The notes under the pieces are model-generated. The model worked only from the letters and a program-made list of their open reading frames with translations. It did no database searches and was not told the origin of the DNA. The position numbers and the translations under genes are program-made. From the NCBI GenBank assembly GCA_963754925.1, contig CAVWHX010000011.1, positions 128,001-192,000 of the forward strand: a stretch of 64,000 bases of DNA, in the 5' to 3' direction. Positions 37,788-47,375 of the stretch are shown one piece after another. Source of the DNA: an uncultured delta proteobacterium. GTDB taxonomy: Bacteria > Myxococcota > B64-G9. Position 1 is the stretch's first letter. Every line of letters begins with the position of its first letter.

Positions 37788-38973
37788 TTATGAAAACACC
37801 GCACTGATGTCGTCGGCCAACGTATCCAAGCGTCCGTTGCTGGCAAGGACATTGGGGACCGAGATCACGACCTCCATCCGGTTATCGAGGGTCCGGCCTA
37901 TGCCGACAAAGGCCGGAAAACCTTCCATGCCCGGTGGAATGCCGAAACAGGTTTCGGTATAAAAACCGCCCCCGCTAAATCGCTGTACATCCAAGCGACT
38001 GACATAGGAAACCAGGGCGGAAACCGGATAATGGCCCCTCACATGCTGCCATTTAAACACCATCTTTAGTCCAAATTGCATGAGCCACAAGGGCACCAAG
38101 TCCAAATGATCCCCGCCCTCGATGAGAACGCAATCCTCGCAACCGAGAAGCTGACGGCGAACATCATCGGTGATTGATTCGGGTGTGGAATCCGGTGTGA
38201 CGGTGACGTAAATAGCCATCGATAAATTGCCCGTCGAACGCACATCCGGTTGCCGAATTCGTAAGTCCACGGGAATTGCCATCTGAAACGTACCCGTGCC
38301 GTATTTCCACGCCGAGCGCGCCAGGGCGATAGCGACCTTGCCCATTACCTTTGAGTGCTTGCCGGAAAAGGAGAGGCGTTTCCCAAGTGATTCCCTTGGG
38401 CCCTGGCTGGGCCTTGCCGGTCGGCGCGATACATTTCAGGGTGCTCATCTTCTTGGTGGCGCTGGAAAACTGGCGGGTCAATGCGGCCTCGGTCATCGTG
38501 GAGGATGAACCCAGGGGTTCTTCCCCGCGCAGAACGCGATAGATATCATCCGCCCAGGAAACCGTGCCCCCGGCATCCATGACGCCATGGTTGGATCTGA
38601 CTATGACGTGCGAGATATCGCCGGGAACAAAGACAACTTCACAGGTGGGTCCGCTATAGGGCAGCGGAGTCTGCAGATAGGGGGCAGCTTCTCTATCATA
38701 ACCATCCCAGCCTCGGCCGGATATAAGTCTCACGGGAGGTGTTACACCGGAATCCAGCCAATAGGCCTTGTGAAGACTGCCTTTCAATATCAACCGGCTT
38801 CCGGGGTTGGCCTGTGAGGCCTTTTCTACGGCATGCTGTAGATCTTTTAAATCCAGCGTCCCTCGGCCTGCCGATACGAGTTGATTCACGTAGGGGGGGC
38901 ATAGGGCATTCACGCTCAGCCATATGCGCTCGGTTATCGATAGCGGTCTTTGAAAACGCTTTTCCATCGACAC
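37788..38973 (-). pseudogene. Condensation/PapA5-like acyltransferase (paralog 4) split by a +1 frameshift, possibly a sequencing error
   Basis: RSNHGVMDAGG in the 5' ORF, PVDLR and STGNL in the 3' ORF; deleting one base of the run at 38382-38384 restores WKRLSFSGKHSKVMGKV, matching paralog 3 WKRKTITGRFPKLLGQV. Confidence 0.8.
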
Positions 38974-39018
38974 ACCTCCCTAAAAAGTAATCCTGCAGTT
39001 GACCGGATCTCCGATAGC

Positions 39019-39816
39019 TCAACTCGTGACTTTTTTCCGCGCCGCTTGCTGAATCGCCGTACGCACGGTGCTGCCTTTGGCGAGCACACGCACCTCGGAC
39101 ACGGGAAGCTTGGCGAGTAACTCCAAGGCTTCTTTCATCGGCGTTTGCGGGTTGCGGACGAGATTTCGGCAGACGGTCGCCGAGCGGGTCCATTCTTTGT
39201 GGTTTGCGATCATCCTCAGCACATCCGGGTTGACCGACGGCATCTTGGCGATCGTTTCGATTTCGTCAAGGGTAATCGCGGGATTTTTAATAACAAACGG
39301 GTGAATGGTCTTGTTACGATCGCGAATAAGGAGCAGGCGCAGGTTTTTGCGGCCATGCAAGGCTGCCTGGCGTTTTTCCGCAACAGACATCGATTCCAGT
39401 TGTTGGGTGGATAGAGAAGGCGCGCCAACGGTTGATGACTTCTCATCGGCCGGTGGGATTTCCACGGCTTCTGGTAGGCTAATACGTGGGTCCTCGCCTC
39501 CCTCACCGCTTTCCTCGGATGGGGTAATCTCATCGCATTTTTTCAAGACGTTCTGCAGAGTGGAAGCGGAACCTTCGGCAAACTGCACCGCCAGACCTTG
39601 GCCTGAAATACACTGAACTACTTCCGCCGAACAGGAGAACTCCTCCCCGTCGGGCGTTATCAGTTGAACGACGACCGGTGCAAACTGCTCCAACGCGAGA
39701 TCGGTTTTCAGAAACAACCCCTTCATAGTCAACTGCTGTTTGCAGTCTCTTTCAAATACCTTCCAGGAATGATACTGAACGTGGATCGTTTGGTCCGCCA
39801 CGCCTCTATGTTGCAC
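39019..39816 (-). CDS. PilZ-like domain plus helical-repeat protein
   Basis: KGLFL...AEVV...GLAVQF barrel signature; C-terminal LLIRDRNK..VIKNP..LVRNPQTP repeats. Confidence 0.65.
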   Translation of the reverse strand: MQHRGVADQTIHVQYHSWKVFERDCKQQLTMKGLFLKTDLALEQFAPVVVQLITPDGEEFSCSAEVVQCISGQGLAVQFAEGSASTLQNVLKKCDEITPSEESGEGGEDPRISLPEAVEIPPADEKSSTVGAPSLSTQQLESMSVAEKRQAALHGRKNLRLLLIRDRNKTIHPFVIKNPAITLDEIETIAKMPSVNPDVLRMIANHKEWTRSATVCRNLVRNPQTPMKEALELLAKLPVSEVRVLAKGSTVRTAIQQAARKKVTS

Positions 39817-39849
39817 AGCGTGGACTCTGGTTGCAAGATAATTGAAATA

Positions 39850-40118
39850 TCGGTAGTGGGTCAGTTAGAGGCTTACGGGTATTTGTCGAACGACACGGTA
39901 CGTTGACCCACAACCGAACACATTGTCATATCGACCGAAGGGAGATATCTAAATACAATCTCATTACCAGTTTAGATTTCTCGCTGTCCCTAAAGGGATA
40001 AGAGCCCGTAAAGCTCACTGCGTTCGCTAACGGGCTCTAACGCTCGAAATGACAATATTGCAAAGCTCCTGACACCTGCCGAACACCCGTAAGCCTTTGG
40101 CAACCTGACCCGCTACCG
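39850..40118. repeat. Composite nested inverted-repeat element (MITE/REP-like), copy 2, the most complete
   Basis: Arms tcggtagtgggtcag / ctgacccgctaccga, then aggcttacgggt / acccgtaagcct, then ttgtcat / atgacaa, and a family-A module at 39987-40039. Confidence 0.9.
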
Positions 40119-40169
40119 AAATATCAGGTGATTGCGTGGTAAGATCAGCGCCATAAGCATATAGTTGTA

Positions 40170-42020
40170 TTAACTCTGGCGCAGCAACTCGCCGCGACCG
40201 TTTTGTATAAAACTCTCTTGTATGGTTAAGAATTTCTCCCGTGTCAATCGGTGGTAGGTTGAATCGCCGCGCATCCGGTAATATATTTCCATATGCGGAT
40301 TTCTCTCGATATTAAAATTATCTCTTTTATAGGGGCGAACCAGTATTTTTTGGGTATCGGTGAGCGGAAACGCTTCGATAATGCGTATGTAGTCGGGCAT
40401 CCATTTGGGATCCATTCCGCCTTCCTTCTGCTGCTTCATAAACCATGCAAAAACATCATCCGGGTAAAACATCCCTCCCTTTTTGAGTTGTAACGATATC
40501 ATCACCTTTTCATCGGCGGCGTCGCTCGGCACTCCGTACGCTATCGCTAGATCAGCGCAGGGCAGCTTCTGCGCGTACGCCACTACATTTTCGGCGGAAA
40601 AATTTTCACCATCCTTGCGTATCCAATCATCGGTCCGGCCGTTGAAATAGAGGTATCGTTTACCCTGGTGGACACGTATATGACCGATGTCACCGGAATG
40701 GTAGTACCCGTTGCGGAACTTTCGAGCATTCGCCTGTGCGTTGTCAACATATCCTTCAAACCTGAGACTATGGTCTCCGACTTTTCTTACTATTTCTCCG
40801 ACAGCTTCATCGTAGTTGGTAAGCTCCCCCGTGTCATCGGCGACTCCGGGCTGGCATTCTCGCCCCTCTTCGTCGAAGATCTTCACGGAGTTCGGCACCC
40901 TTCCGAGGCATTCAATGGGATCTCCGGGCTGATTCGCAGTTGTTATCACCGCCTCGGTCGATCCATAGATTTCAAAGATGTGCTCCATGCCGAAATAGCG
41001 GATAAGCTTTTTTCGATCGACCGCAGGCGCGCCGTTCCCGTAGGCAATTCTCAAGCGATTCTTGGGGTGGGCCGCCAGAGCCCGCTCGACGCTCTCGCCG
41101 CCGCTGTATTTCTTTTCGAGCGCATCGATAATGTAATGAAGGGGCTGTCCGACGTAATTCAAATAGGTGACCCCATGCGTAAGCATGTCTTCTTCAAAGG
41201 CGCTCGCGGAAAACTTCCTCTTGAGCACAAAGCTCCCACCCACCAGCAGGAGCGGCATGACGGCGGTGTACCATGCGTTTGAATGAAACAGCGGCATGGA
41301 AATGTAGCCCCGATCGGTTTTTTTAAGATGGGTTTGCAATCGCACCACCATGCCGGCGCCGAAGAGTTTAATATGCGTGCAGGGAACTCCCTTGGGCATC
41401 CCGGTCGTACCGGATGTATAAATAACGAGAACCGGACTAAAATTATCGATAGGCACTCTGTAGCGCCGGGGGATGTTCGGCTCGGATTCAGAAATTGCTT
41501 TTTCTATGCTATTAAAACCTTTTTCCTGCGCTTCCTGTTCGTCTCCAACAAAGAGAATGTCCTCTCGATTGATCACATTGATTTGAGGCAGAGCGCGTTC
41601 CACCTCTGCGGCAGTGCTCGAATTGATTATCAGCTTCGATATCTTTGCCTGATTGATTACCTTTGCCAACGTCTCTCCGCGAAACCCGCTATTGATGGCA
41701 AAGAGAATGGAATTACTCAATCCGACGGCGAAGGACGCAAATAAAAATTCAGGAGTATTCTCCATGTAAATGCCCAGCGACAGTCTCTCCGTACCGCCGA
41801 GCTTGTTGCCCTCCACCAACCGTTTTCTTATGGATAGAAAATAGTTTTCATACCGTTTCGATTGGGTATAGACCTCGCCGCAGGTGTATTCCTTACCTTC
41901 AAATATGAGGAACGTGCGATTGCGCCTGGTCCACATCCACCACAAACGCAGCCTTACGGTGGTGCTAAAATTTACCCACCCGAATACTGTTCTCACTATC
42001 TGCTTCAAATTAATCACCAC
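40170..42020 (-). CDS. Long-chain acyl-CoA synthetase (AMP-binding)
   Basis: YTSGTTGMPKG, MPLFHSNA, YGSTE, SGD, GRTDDWIRKDGEN. Confidence 0.93.
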   Translation of the reverse strand: MVINLKQIVRTVFGWVNFSTTVRLRLWWMWTRRNRTFLIFEGKEYTCGEVYTQSKRYENYFLSIRKRLVEGNKLGGTERLSLGIYMENTPEFLFASFAVGLSNSILFAINSGFRGETLAKVINQAKISKLIINSSTAAEVERALPQINVINREDILFVGDEQEAQEKGFNSIEKAISESEPNIPRRYRVPIDNFSPVLVIYTSGTTGMPKGVPCTHIKLFGAGMVVRLQTHLKKTDRGYISMPLFHSNAWYTAVMPLLLVGGSFVLKRKFSASAFEEDMLTHGVTYLNYVGQPLHYIIDALEKKYSGGESVERALAAHPKNRLRIAYGNGAPAVDRKKLIRYFGMEHIFEIYGSTEAVITTANQPGDPIECLGRVPNSVKIFDEEGRECQPGVADDTGELTNYDEAVGEIVRKVGDHSLRFEGYVDNAQANARKFRNGYYHSGDIGHIRVHQGKRYLYFNGRTDDWIRKDGENFSAENVVAYAQKLPCADLAIAYGVPSDAADEKVMISLQLKKGGMFYPDDVFAWFMKQQKEGGMDPKWMPDYIRIIEAFPLTDTQKILVRPYKRDNFNIERNPHMEIYYRMRGDSTYHRLTREKFLTIQESFIQNGRGELLRQS

Positions 42021-42167
42021 TGCCTCCTATTGCTGGATGCTCAACCATCGGTGCCGATACTAGGCATCAAAGACGGTAACCACTCGGATCAACAACAAAA
42101 ATCCGGAAGCCGCCCCCAAATTCTCTTATTCGTTAATGCGCAGCTTTCATGGCGGTGTTTCTTTGAA

Positions 42168-45100
42168 TCAATTGTATTGAAAGCCATAATTCTGGAAGTT
42201 GTCGCTCGCTGCTCCTGGATAGTCGTTTCTTGTCAAAACTTGCACCATACCGGACATCAGTTTGGCTACGTCGGTCCACAAGGCTGAGTCGAAGTTCAAA
42301 ATCAGCGGCTCACCGAGGAACGCATACAGCTCGCTGAAGACCGCGCTGAAGTTGTGGTTGCTGTCGTTCATGGTATCGACAACGTCCAACACGTACGCCA
42401 TCAGCCCGTTTGATTTCAACAATGCGGCGCCGAAAACAGAGGAATCGTAGATATAGTTGATGGTCGAGGTCAATCCGCCCTTGGCCGGAACAAACGTCGG
42501 ATCGATGTCGGACAGATTCTTGCCGCTATCGAGCGTTAACGCAATGTTGCTGATTATGGGTTGATATTGAACGGCAACCCGATACAGATCATCCACCCGT
42601 GACTCGTCGCTGAGGTCGAACGGATGATCGGCGAATGAAATATTCCCGCCGGTTATGGGAATTACCACCGCATTCCAACTCGTTGCGGCCGTATTGTACG
42701 TCGTGGCCACGATCCCCAGGGTATGCACCAGGCCGCTGATTTGATCGGCGGTCGGGCTTACTTGACTAAGGAACTTATCTACCACGGTGACGACGTTTTC
42801 CACCGCCGAATAGGGGCCCTGCGGATTGAACACTTGGGCCGCCATTTCGAGGTACGTGTGGAACAAAATGAGCTTGTCGGGGTTTTGGTTCCAATCAACA
42901 GGCATGTAGGCGAGCCCCATGTGATATCCGAGCTCGCCGGGCTTGATGCCATGGGCATCGATACCGGTCTGATCGACCAGCGACTCACTGTAGTTATTGG
43001 TGCCTACGAGTATGTTTTGACCGATATTGGCGAATATTTCTTCCATACGCATGTCGTCCGGAATTCCGTCGCCGTTGGTATCGCCCCCGTTTGTGAACAT
43101 CCAATTCGGCAGCGTCTCGGTCAAGGTTGGGTCATTGATCTCGGTGAATCGTCCGCGAGTGTTTTTACTCAAGAGCGAAGACTGTTCAAGGCCGTAGAAA
43201 AGCTGTCTGCGGGCTCCCCAGGATTGGAAGTTTTTATCGAAATCTTGAGAACTCGCGTTGTAGTCGACGGTCGGCGGATCGTCGAACATCTTGTCGCCAA
43301 TGCTTATAAGAAGCTTGAGCGCCTGGGTCAGCACCCGGGGACGTTGATTGGTGACAGGGTTTTGTGTAACCAGAAGCGGCAAAATCCCGTCAAGAAGTTT
43401 CTGGGGATTATTGGCGATCGGATAACGATTGCTGTCGATGAGTATGCTAAATAAGTTGTTGACCGCGGCCGGTTGAAAATAACTTCTCTCTGCATCGCTC
43501 CCATACCATAGCGGTGGTTTTTGAAAGGTTGATCCGGACACATAGAAGTCGCCGCCCGACTTAAGGAAATAGCCGTCATTGCCGGTATTTCCAAATACGC
43601 GATACTTCCACGTGTTGTTGGGGGCGTCGCCGCTTCCTTTTTGATAGTACGAGATGGGTTTTAGCAAAATGGTCATGCTTTCAACGAATGGCACTATGCC
43701 GGTTGTATTCGAATGCTGGTAATCAGTATTCGCGCGAAGCGCATTGAACATCGACATTAAGATTGGCACCATCGCGTTTCGCTTGTTCCATACATTGTCG
43801 CCCACCGTGAAGCAATTCGAGGGTGCCAACCCGTCTATAACCGTGTAATTATACGTGCCTCCATTCGGCCCGTTGCAGGTGATGGAGGTCCCGCTCGTCA
43901 CCGTGGGAAACGCCAACCGAGCCAACGATGCCAAATTATGAGCCAAAACACTGGAGAATCCCGGTCCGCCGCCGAGAGTATTATTATAGACGTTGTCGGC
44001 ACTCATAAGTAGTGATGCTACGGTACTGAAATCAGCCACAACCCCCATTCGGTGATCGCCAGGCACCGTTGATATTCCTGTAGTGCCTGCCTTGGCCCAT
44101 ACGTTATCGCCTCGAAATGGTCTGGAGTTGGCGAAGCCATAAAAACCATTGGCCTCCTGGTAGATATAAACAATTCCTGACTCAATTCCCCCCAGCAAGG
44201 GAAGTAAGAGACGTTGCGGCATGATGAGTAAGTGTTTTCGTTCATTGAAAAACCATTGATAGTTCCTAAAAAATGCCTCCTCTTGAGAAGCGCAGGCGCG
44301 GATCTGATCCGTGTCACTTATTAGTTCTTCAGTTAAGACACCACTAGGAACATCCTGACCTACATCCTGACCTTCCGTATCTGGTAAGCTAACGAGTTCA
44401 AGATCGCCACTATCGTTACGTATGATAGACGAATACTTTCTATTATTCGTGGGGCAGTTATCGCAGCTATAGCCTACTATATTATCGCAAAAGCATCCCA
44501 TATAGTAATCACTGATAGTGACCGAATTCCAAAATTCAGCCCGTGATTGTTCTCTAATAATCGAGTTGCCATTTCCGCCAAAGAGCAATTCAACCGCGTT
44601 AGGACCGCTGACATTTTCTATTTCAATAATCTTCGGGCCCGTGGATTGAAGCGGGCTGCCCGCTATTCTAAATTTATTTTGTCCAAAAGGAATAACGGAA
44701 AAATTAGCGAGGGCAACCGCGCCTAGCGGAGCCGGCTGGGGGGTATAACCGGCTACAAGAGCGCTTCTAAGAAACGACACGATCGCATCCCTGTCCCAAG
44801 TTTTAGTGTGCGAAAACGTAACCTGAAAAGTATTGTTATCTATGGTGATACTTACCGTTGCATCACTGGGTAGCGTTACCGGATTATCAATCTCTCCAAC
44901 ATAAAAAGAAATTGGGTACAGCGGTTCTTCATTGTCATTCGGCGTACTGACAAAATCCCAGTTATTGGGCGGATACAGATACTCCCAGTTTCCGTTTGGA
45001 GCCTTATACACTAAGGCGTATAGCTTTCCGCTTGCGCGATAAACTTTATTCCAAGTCTTTCCATACAATTGCACTGTTTGGGCATTATTAGCCATCGAAG

Positions 45101-47174
45101 GATCATAGTAGTATGGACCGAGTCCGTTCCAAAGCACATGCCAAACGCCGACCGCCGTCGAGAGCGTTATGTTATCGTTGTTATCTCCGATTGGATTGAA
45201 TGGCATGTAACCATTTAATGCCGGCACTCCATTATGAAGCGGATAATCTTTGAGGGCTACGCCATTTATATCCCTACTTAAGCCGCCCGTTGGCGAACCC
45301 GGCGCGCCGACAGGACCGGTGATAAAGTATGATATCGGATAGTTTTCATCGAAATAGAACATGTTATCGTTTTTACCGGGAAGTTGGACTGCCGAATACC
45401 TGCCTATCGTAAACGGATACAGACTTCTAAAAAGATGATTTTGATCGGTAGTATTAAAAGTCATTTGGTACTGGTTAAAAATGCCAAGAGTACCAATACC
45501 TATCATGTTTGTTCCCATGGCATACAACGCATCATTCATGGTCGATCCGGTGCTTCTTGTTGGACTTGGATTGAGATTTGGATTTGCGAGTCCTTGCCGG
45601 GCCGGACCATGACCATGGTTATAATTCTCGCCTGGTTCCCCTATCGTTGCTGTACACGATTTCAACCCAAGGGCATCATGAGCCGTACACCCATCTATCC
45701 ACCCATAATTCGCGGCAGCCGAGGTTATGAAAAAAAGACTCTCTAGCTGGGACGTTGGTTGAGCAGTGGGATCGGTTGTTCTGTCCCTTCCATATTGATC
45801 GTATCTCATTAAATCTTCTAATGATTCCTCAATGCGCGCGTTGTCCGGAACCCAACCGATTGACCTAAGACTTGTTATAAATTCATCGAAAACGTATTTC
45901 TTTTTTCCATTCACTTCATAAATTAGTGAAATAGGTATGTTATTTTCATCAGGAGCATTTCTGTCGGATCTCAACAATAAGCGGGTTGTGCCCGGCGCGA
46001 GCTCCCTTAACGTATTTCTGAGCTCGACCGAAGAATATGTCTGGGTGTCGTCTGCGGCATAGATGCCGTTTGCGTTTGCCCCGCCGGTTGTGAAATAACT
46101 TTGAATGTTCCGAACTAAATTCTCGGCGACGACTGATATGGTTACTCGGTTAGAAGATCCGACTTGCATGGGCACCGACCCGGACAGAAACACGCCCAAT
46201 TGACGTATCAGGTCATCCAAGCTGTTTATAAAATTAGGATCCTTGCCCAACTCGAACAGGGCCATCATCAGCGATTGATTTCCCTGCACGGCGTTGCCCA
46301 GGCCCAGATTGTTGACGCACCCGGTCATGTCTTCGGATGTCTTTATCAGCACATTCGAGCTGTCGAGACACATCGGGTAATCGGCCCGCAGGTTGCTTTT
46401 GCCGACATTGGTTTGCAAATACGAAAATAACTTATGATTGGCGAGAACGTGGTTATTGCAGGTGGATTGATCGTAATTAACCGAATCGCTGGGATTGCAA
46501 AAGGCATAGTACGTGGCTGCGGCATCGATATCGTTTAATGCAAATTCAGTTTCTTGTCTCATAACGTCTGCGGTAAGGTTGTCGACGCGGTATTTGCTCA
46601 TGGCGCCCAAGACGGCGGCAAGATCTCCGCCCAGCGTGAGATTCTTAGCGCTGACGCCGTCTAAGAACCCGAAGAATTGCGACGCATAGTCCAACACGTC
46701 CGGCGAGCGCTGATTGGTGCTCGGATCGAATACGCCGTTGTCCAAGGTGTTTTGGTCGATGATGCGACGGATAAGATGGCGCATCAGTTGTACGATGTTT
46801 TGTACGGGATACTGATTCGGCAAACCCACCTTGGTTGCATTGATGGTCACAAACTGGCCGGCCGTTGACTTAATATTTTCTTCGTAATGGTCGTTTATCG
46901 CGTCCCCCAGCAGGTTGTTGACAACGCACTGATCCAACCGGGCTTGATCCGGGTCGCATTGCTGGTTCTGCCACAACGGATTGACTTGGGTCGCGTCTCG
47001 ATAGTGTAACGCGTCGTGGAGGGCTTGATACTTCGACTGGTCCAGAAGATCGAAAAGTTTATACTGGTAAACTTGGTTTTCCTGGAACGTCCCCATACTA
47101 GAATTGCACGAGGAAAGTAAAAAAATACCTGCCACGAACATCAGAGAAGTTCGCACCGCATCTTGATACCGCAT
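42168..47174 (-). CDS. Giant (1668 aa) lipoprotein of unknown function
   Basis: Uninterrupted 5-kb ORF; GGAGG RBS; lipobox LSSC; Asn/Gly/Tyr-rich; DTNGDG Ca-loop-like motif; paired Cys. Confidence 0.85.
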   Translation of the reverse strand: MRYQDAVRTSLMFVAGIFLLSSCNSSMGTFQENQVYQYKLFDLLDQSKYQALHDALHYRDATQVNPLWQNQQCDPDQARLDQCVVNNLLGDAINDHYEENIKSTAGQFVTINATKVGLPNQYPVQNIVQLMRHLIRRIIDQNTLDNGVFDPSTNQRSPDVLDYASQFFGFLDGVSAKNLTLGGDLAAVLGAMSKYRVDNLTADVMRQETEFALNDIDAAATYYAFCNPSDSVNYDQSTCNNHVLANHKLFSYLQTNVGKSNLRADYPMCLDSSNVLIKTSEDMTGCVNNLGLGNAVQGNQSLMMALFELGKDPNFINSLDDLIRQLGVFLSGSVPMQVGSSNRVTISVVAENLVRNIQSYFTTGGANANGIYAADDTQTYSSVELRNTLRELAPGTTRLLLRSDRNAPDENNIPISLIYEVNGKKKYVFDEFITSLRSIGWVPDNARIEESLEDLMRYDQYGRDRTTDPTAQPTSQLESLFFITSAAANYGWIDGCTAHDALGLKSCTATIGEPGENYNHGHGPARQGLANPNLNPSPTRSTGSTMNDALYAMGTNMIGIGTLGIFNQYQMTFNTTDQNHLFRSLYPFTIGRYSAVQLPGKNDNMFYFDENYPISYFITGPVGAPGSPTGGLSRDINGVALKDYPLHNGVPALNGYMPFNPIGDNNDNITLSTAVGVWHVLWNGLGPYYYDPSMANNAQTVQLYGKTWNKVYRASGKLYALVYKAPNGNWEYLYPPNNWDFVSTPNDNEEPLYPISFYVGEIDNPVTLPSDATVSITIDNNTFQVTFSHTKTWDRDAIVSFLRSALVAGYTPQPAPLGAVALANFSVIPFGQNKFRIAGSPLQSTGPKIIEIENVSGPNAVELLFGGNGNSIIREQSRAEFWNSVTISDYYMGCFCDNIVGYSCDNCPTNNRKYSSIIRNDSGDLELVSLPDTEGQDVGQDVPSGVLTEELISDTDQIRACASQEEAFFRNYQWFFNERKHLLIMPQRLLLPLLGGIESGIVYIYQEANGFYGFANSRPFRGDNVWAKAGTTGISTVPGDHRMGVVADFSTVASLLMSADNVYNNTLGGGPGFSSVLAHNLASLARLAFPTVTSGTSITCNGPNGGTYNYTVIDGLAPSNCFTVGDNVWNKRNAMVPILMSMFNALRANTDYQHSNTTGIVPFVESMTILLKPISYYQKGSGDAPNNTWKYRVFGNTGNDGYFLKSGGDFYVSGSTFQKPPLWYGSDAERSYFQPAAVNNLFSILIDSNRYPIANNPQKLLDGILPLLVTQNPVTNQRPRVLTQALKLLISIGDKMFDDPPTVDYNASSQDFDKNFQSWGARRQLFYGLEQSSLLSKNTRGRFTEINDPTLTETLPNWMFTNGGDTNGDGIPDDMRMEEIFANIGQNILVGTNNYSESLVDQTGIDAHGIKPGELGYHMGLAYMPVDWNQNPDKLILFHTYLEMAAQVFNPQGPYSAVENVVTVVDKFLSQVSPTADQISGLVHTLGIVATTYNTAATSWNAVVIPITGGNISFADHPFDLSDESRVDDLYRVAVQYQPIISNIALTLDSGKNLSDIDPTFVPAKGGLTSTINYIYDSSVFGAALLKSNGLMAYVLDVVDTMNDSNHNFSAVFSELYAFLGEPLILNFDSALWTDVAKLMSGMVQVLTRNDYPGAASDNFQNYGFQYN

Positions 47175-47375
47175 CAGGTACCTCCCATGTCAAACACTAT
47201 AGAAAAGATAAACGCCAATTGGTTAACTTTCCCGTGGTTCACCAGACATACCTCTCGCGAAGACATATAATTGCATTATAGCTTCAACCGATTTCTAGTC
47301 AATCAGGATTATAGAAATAAACGTGGAGAGATAAGATGGCTGGGCACACTTTTTATCAGTTGAAATATCAGGCGG

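Noticed and set aside
23821..38973. Classical NRPS assembly line
   Set aside because: No thiolation domain, modular A domain or thioesterase was found; the C-like proteins are free-standing
26299..40118. Palindromes as integron attC sites
   Set aside because: No integron integrase is in the window, the palindromes do not separate single-gene cassettes regularly, and no consistent RYYYAAC/GTTRRRY boundaries were seen
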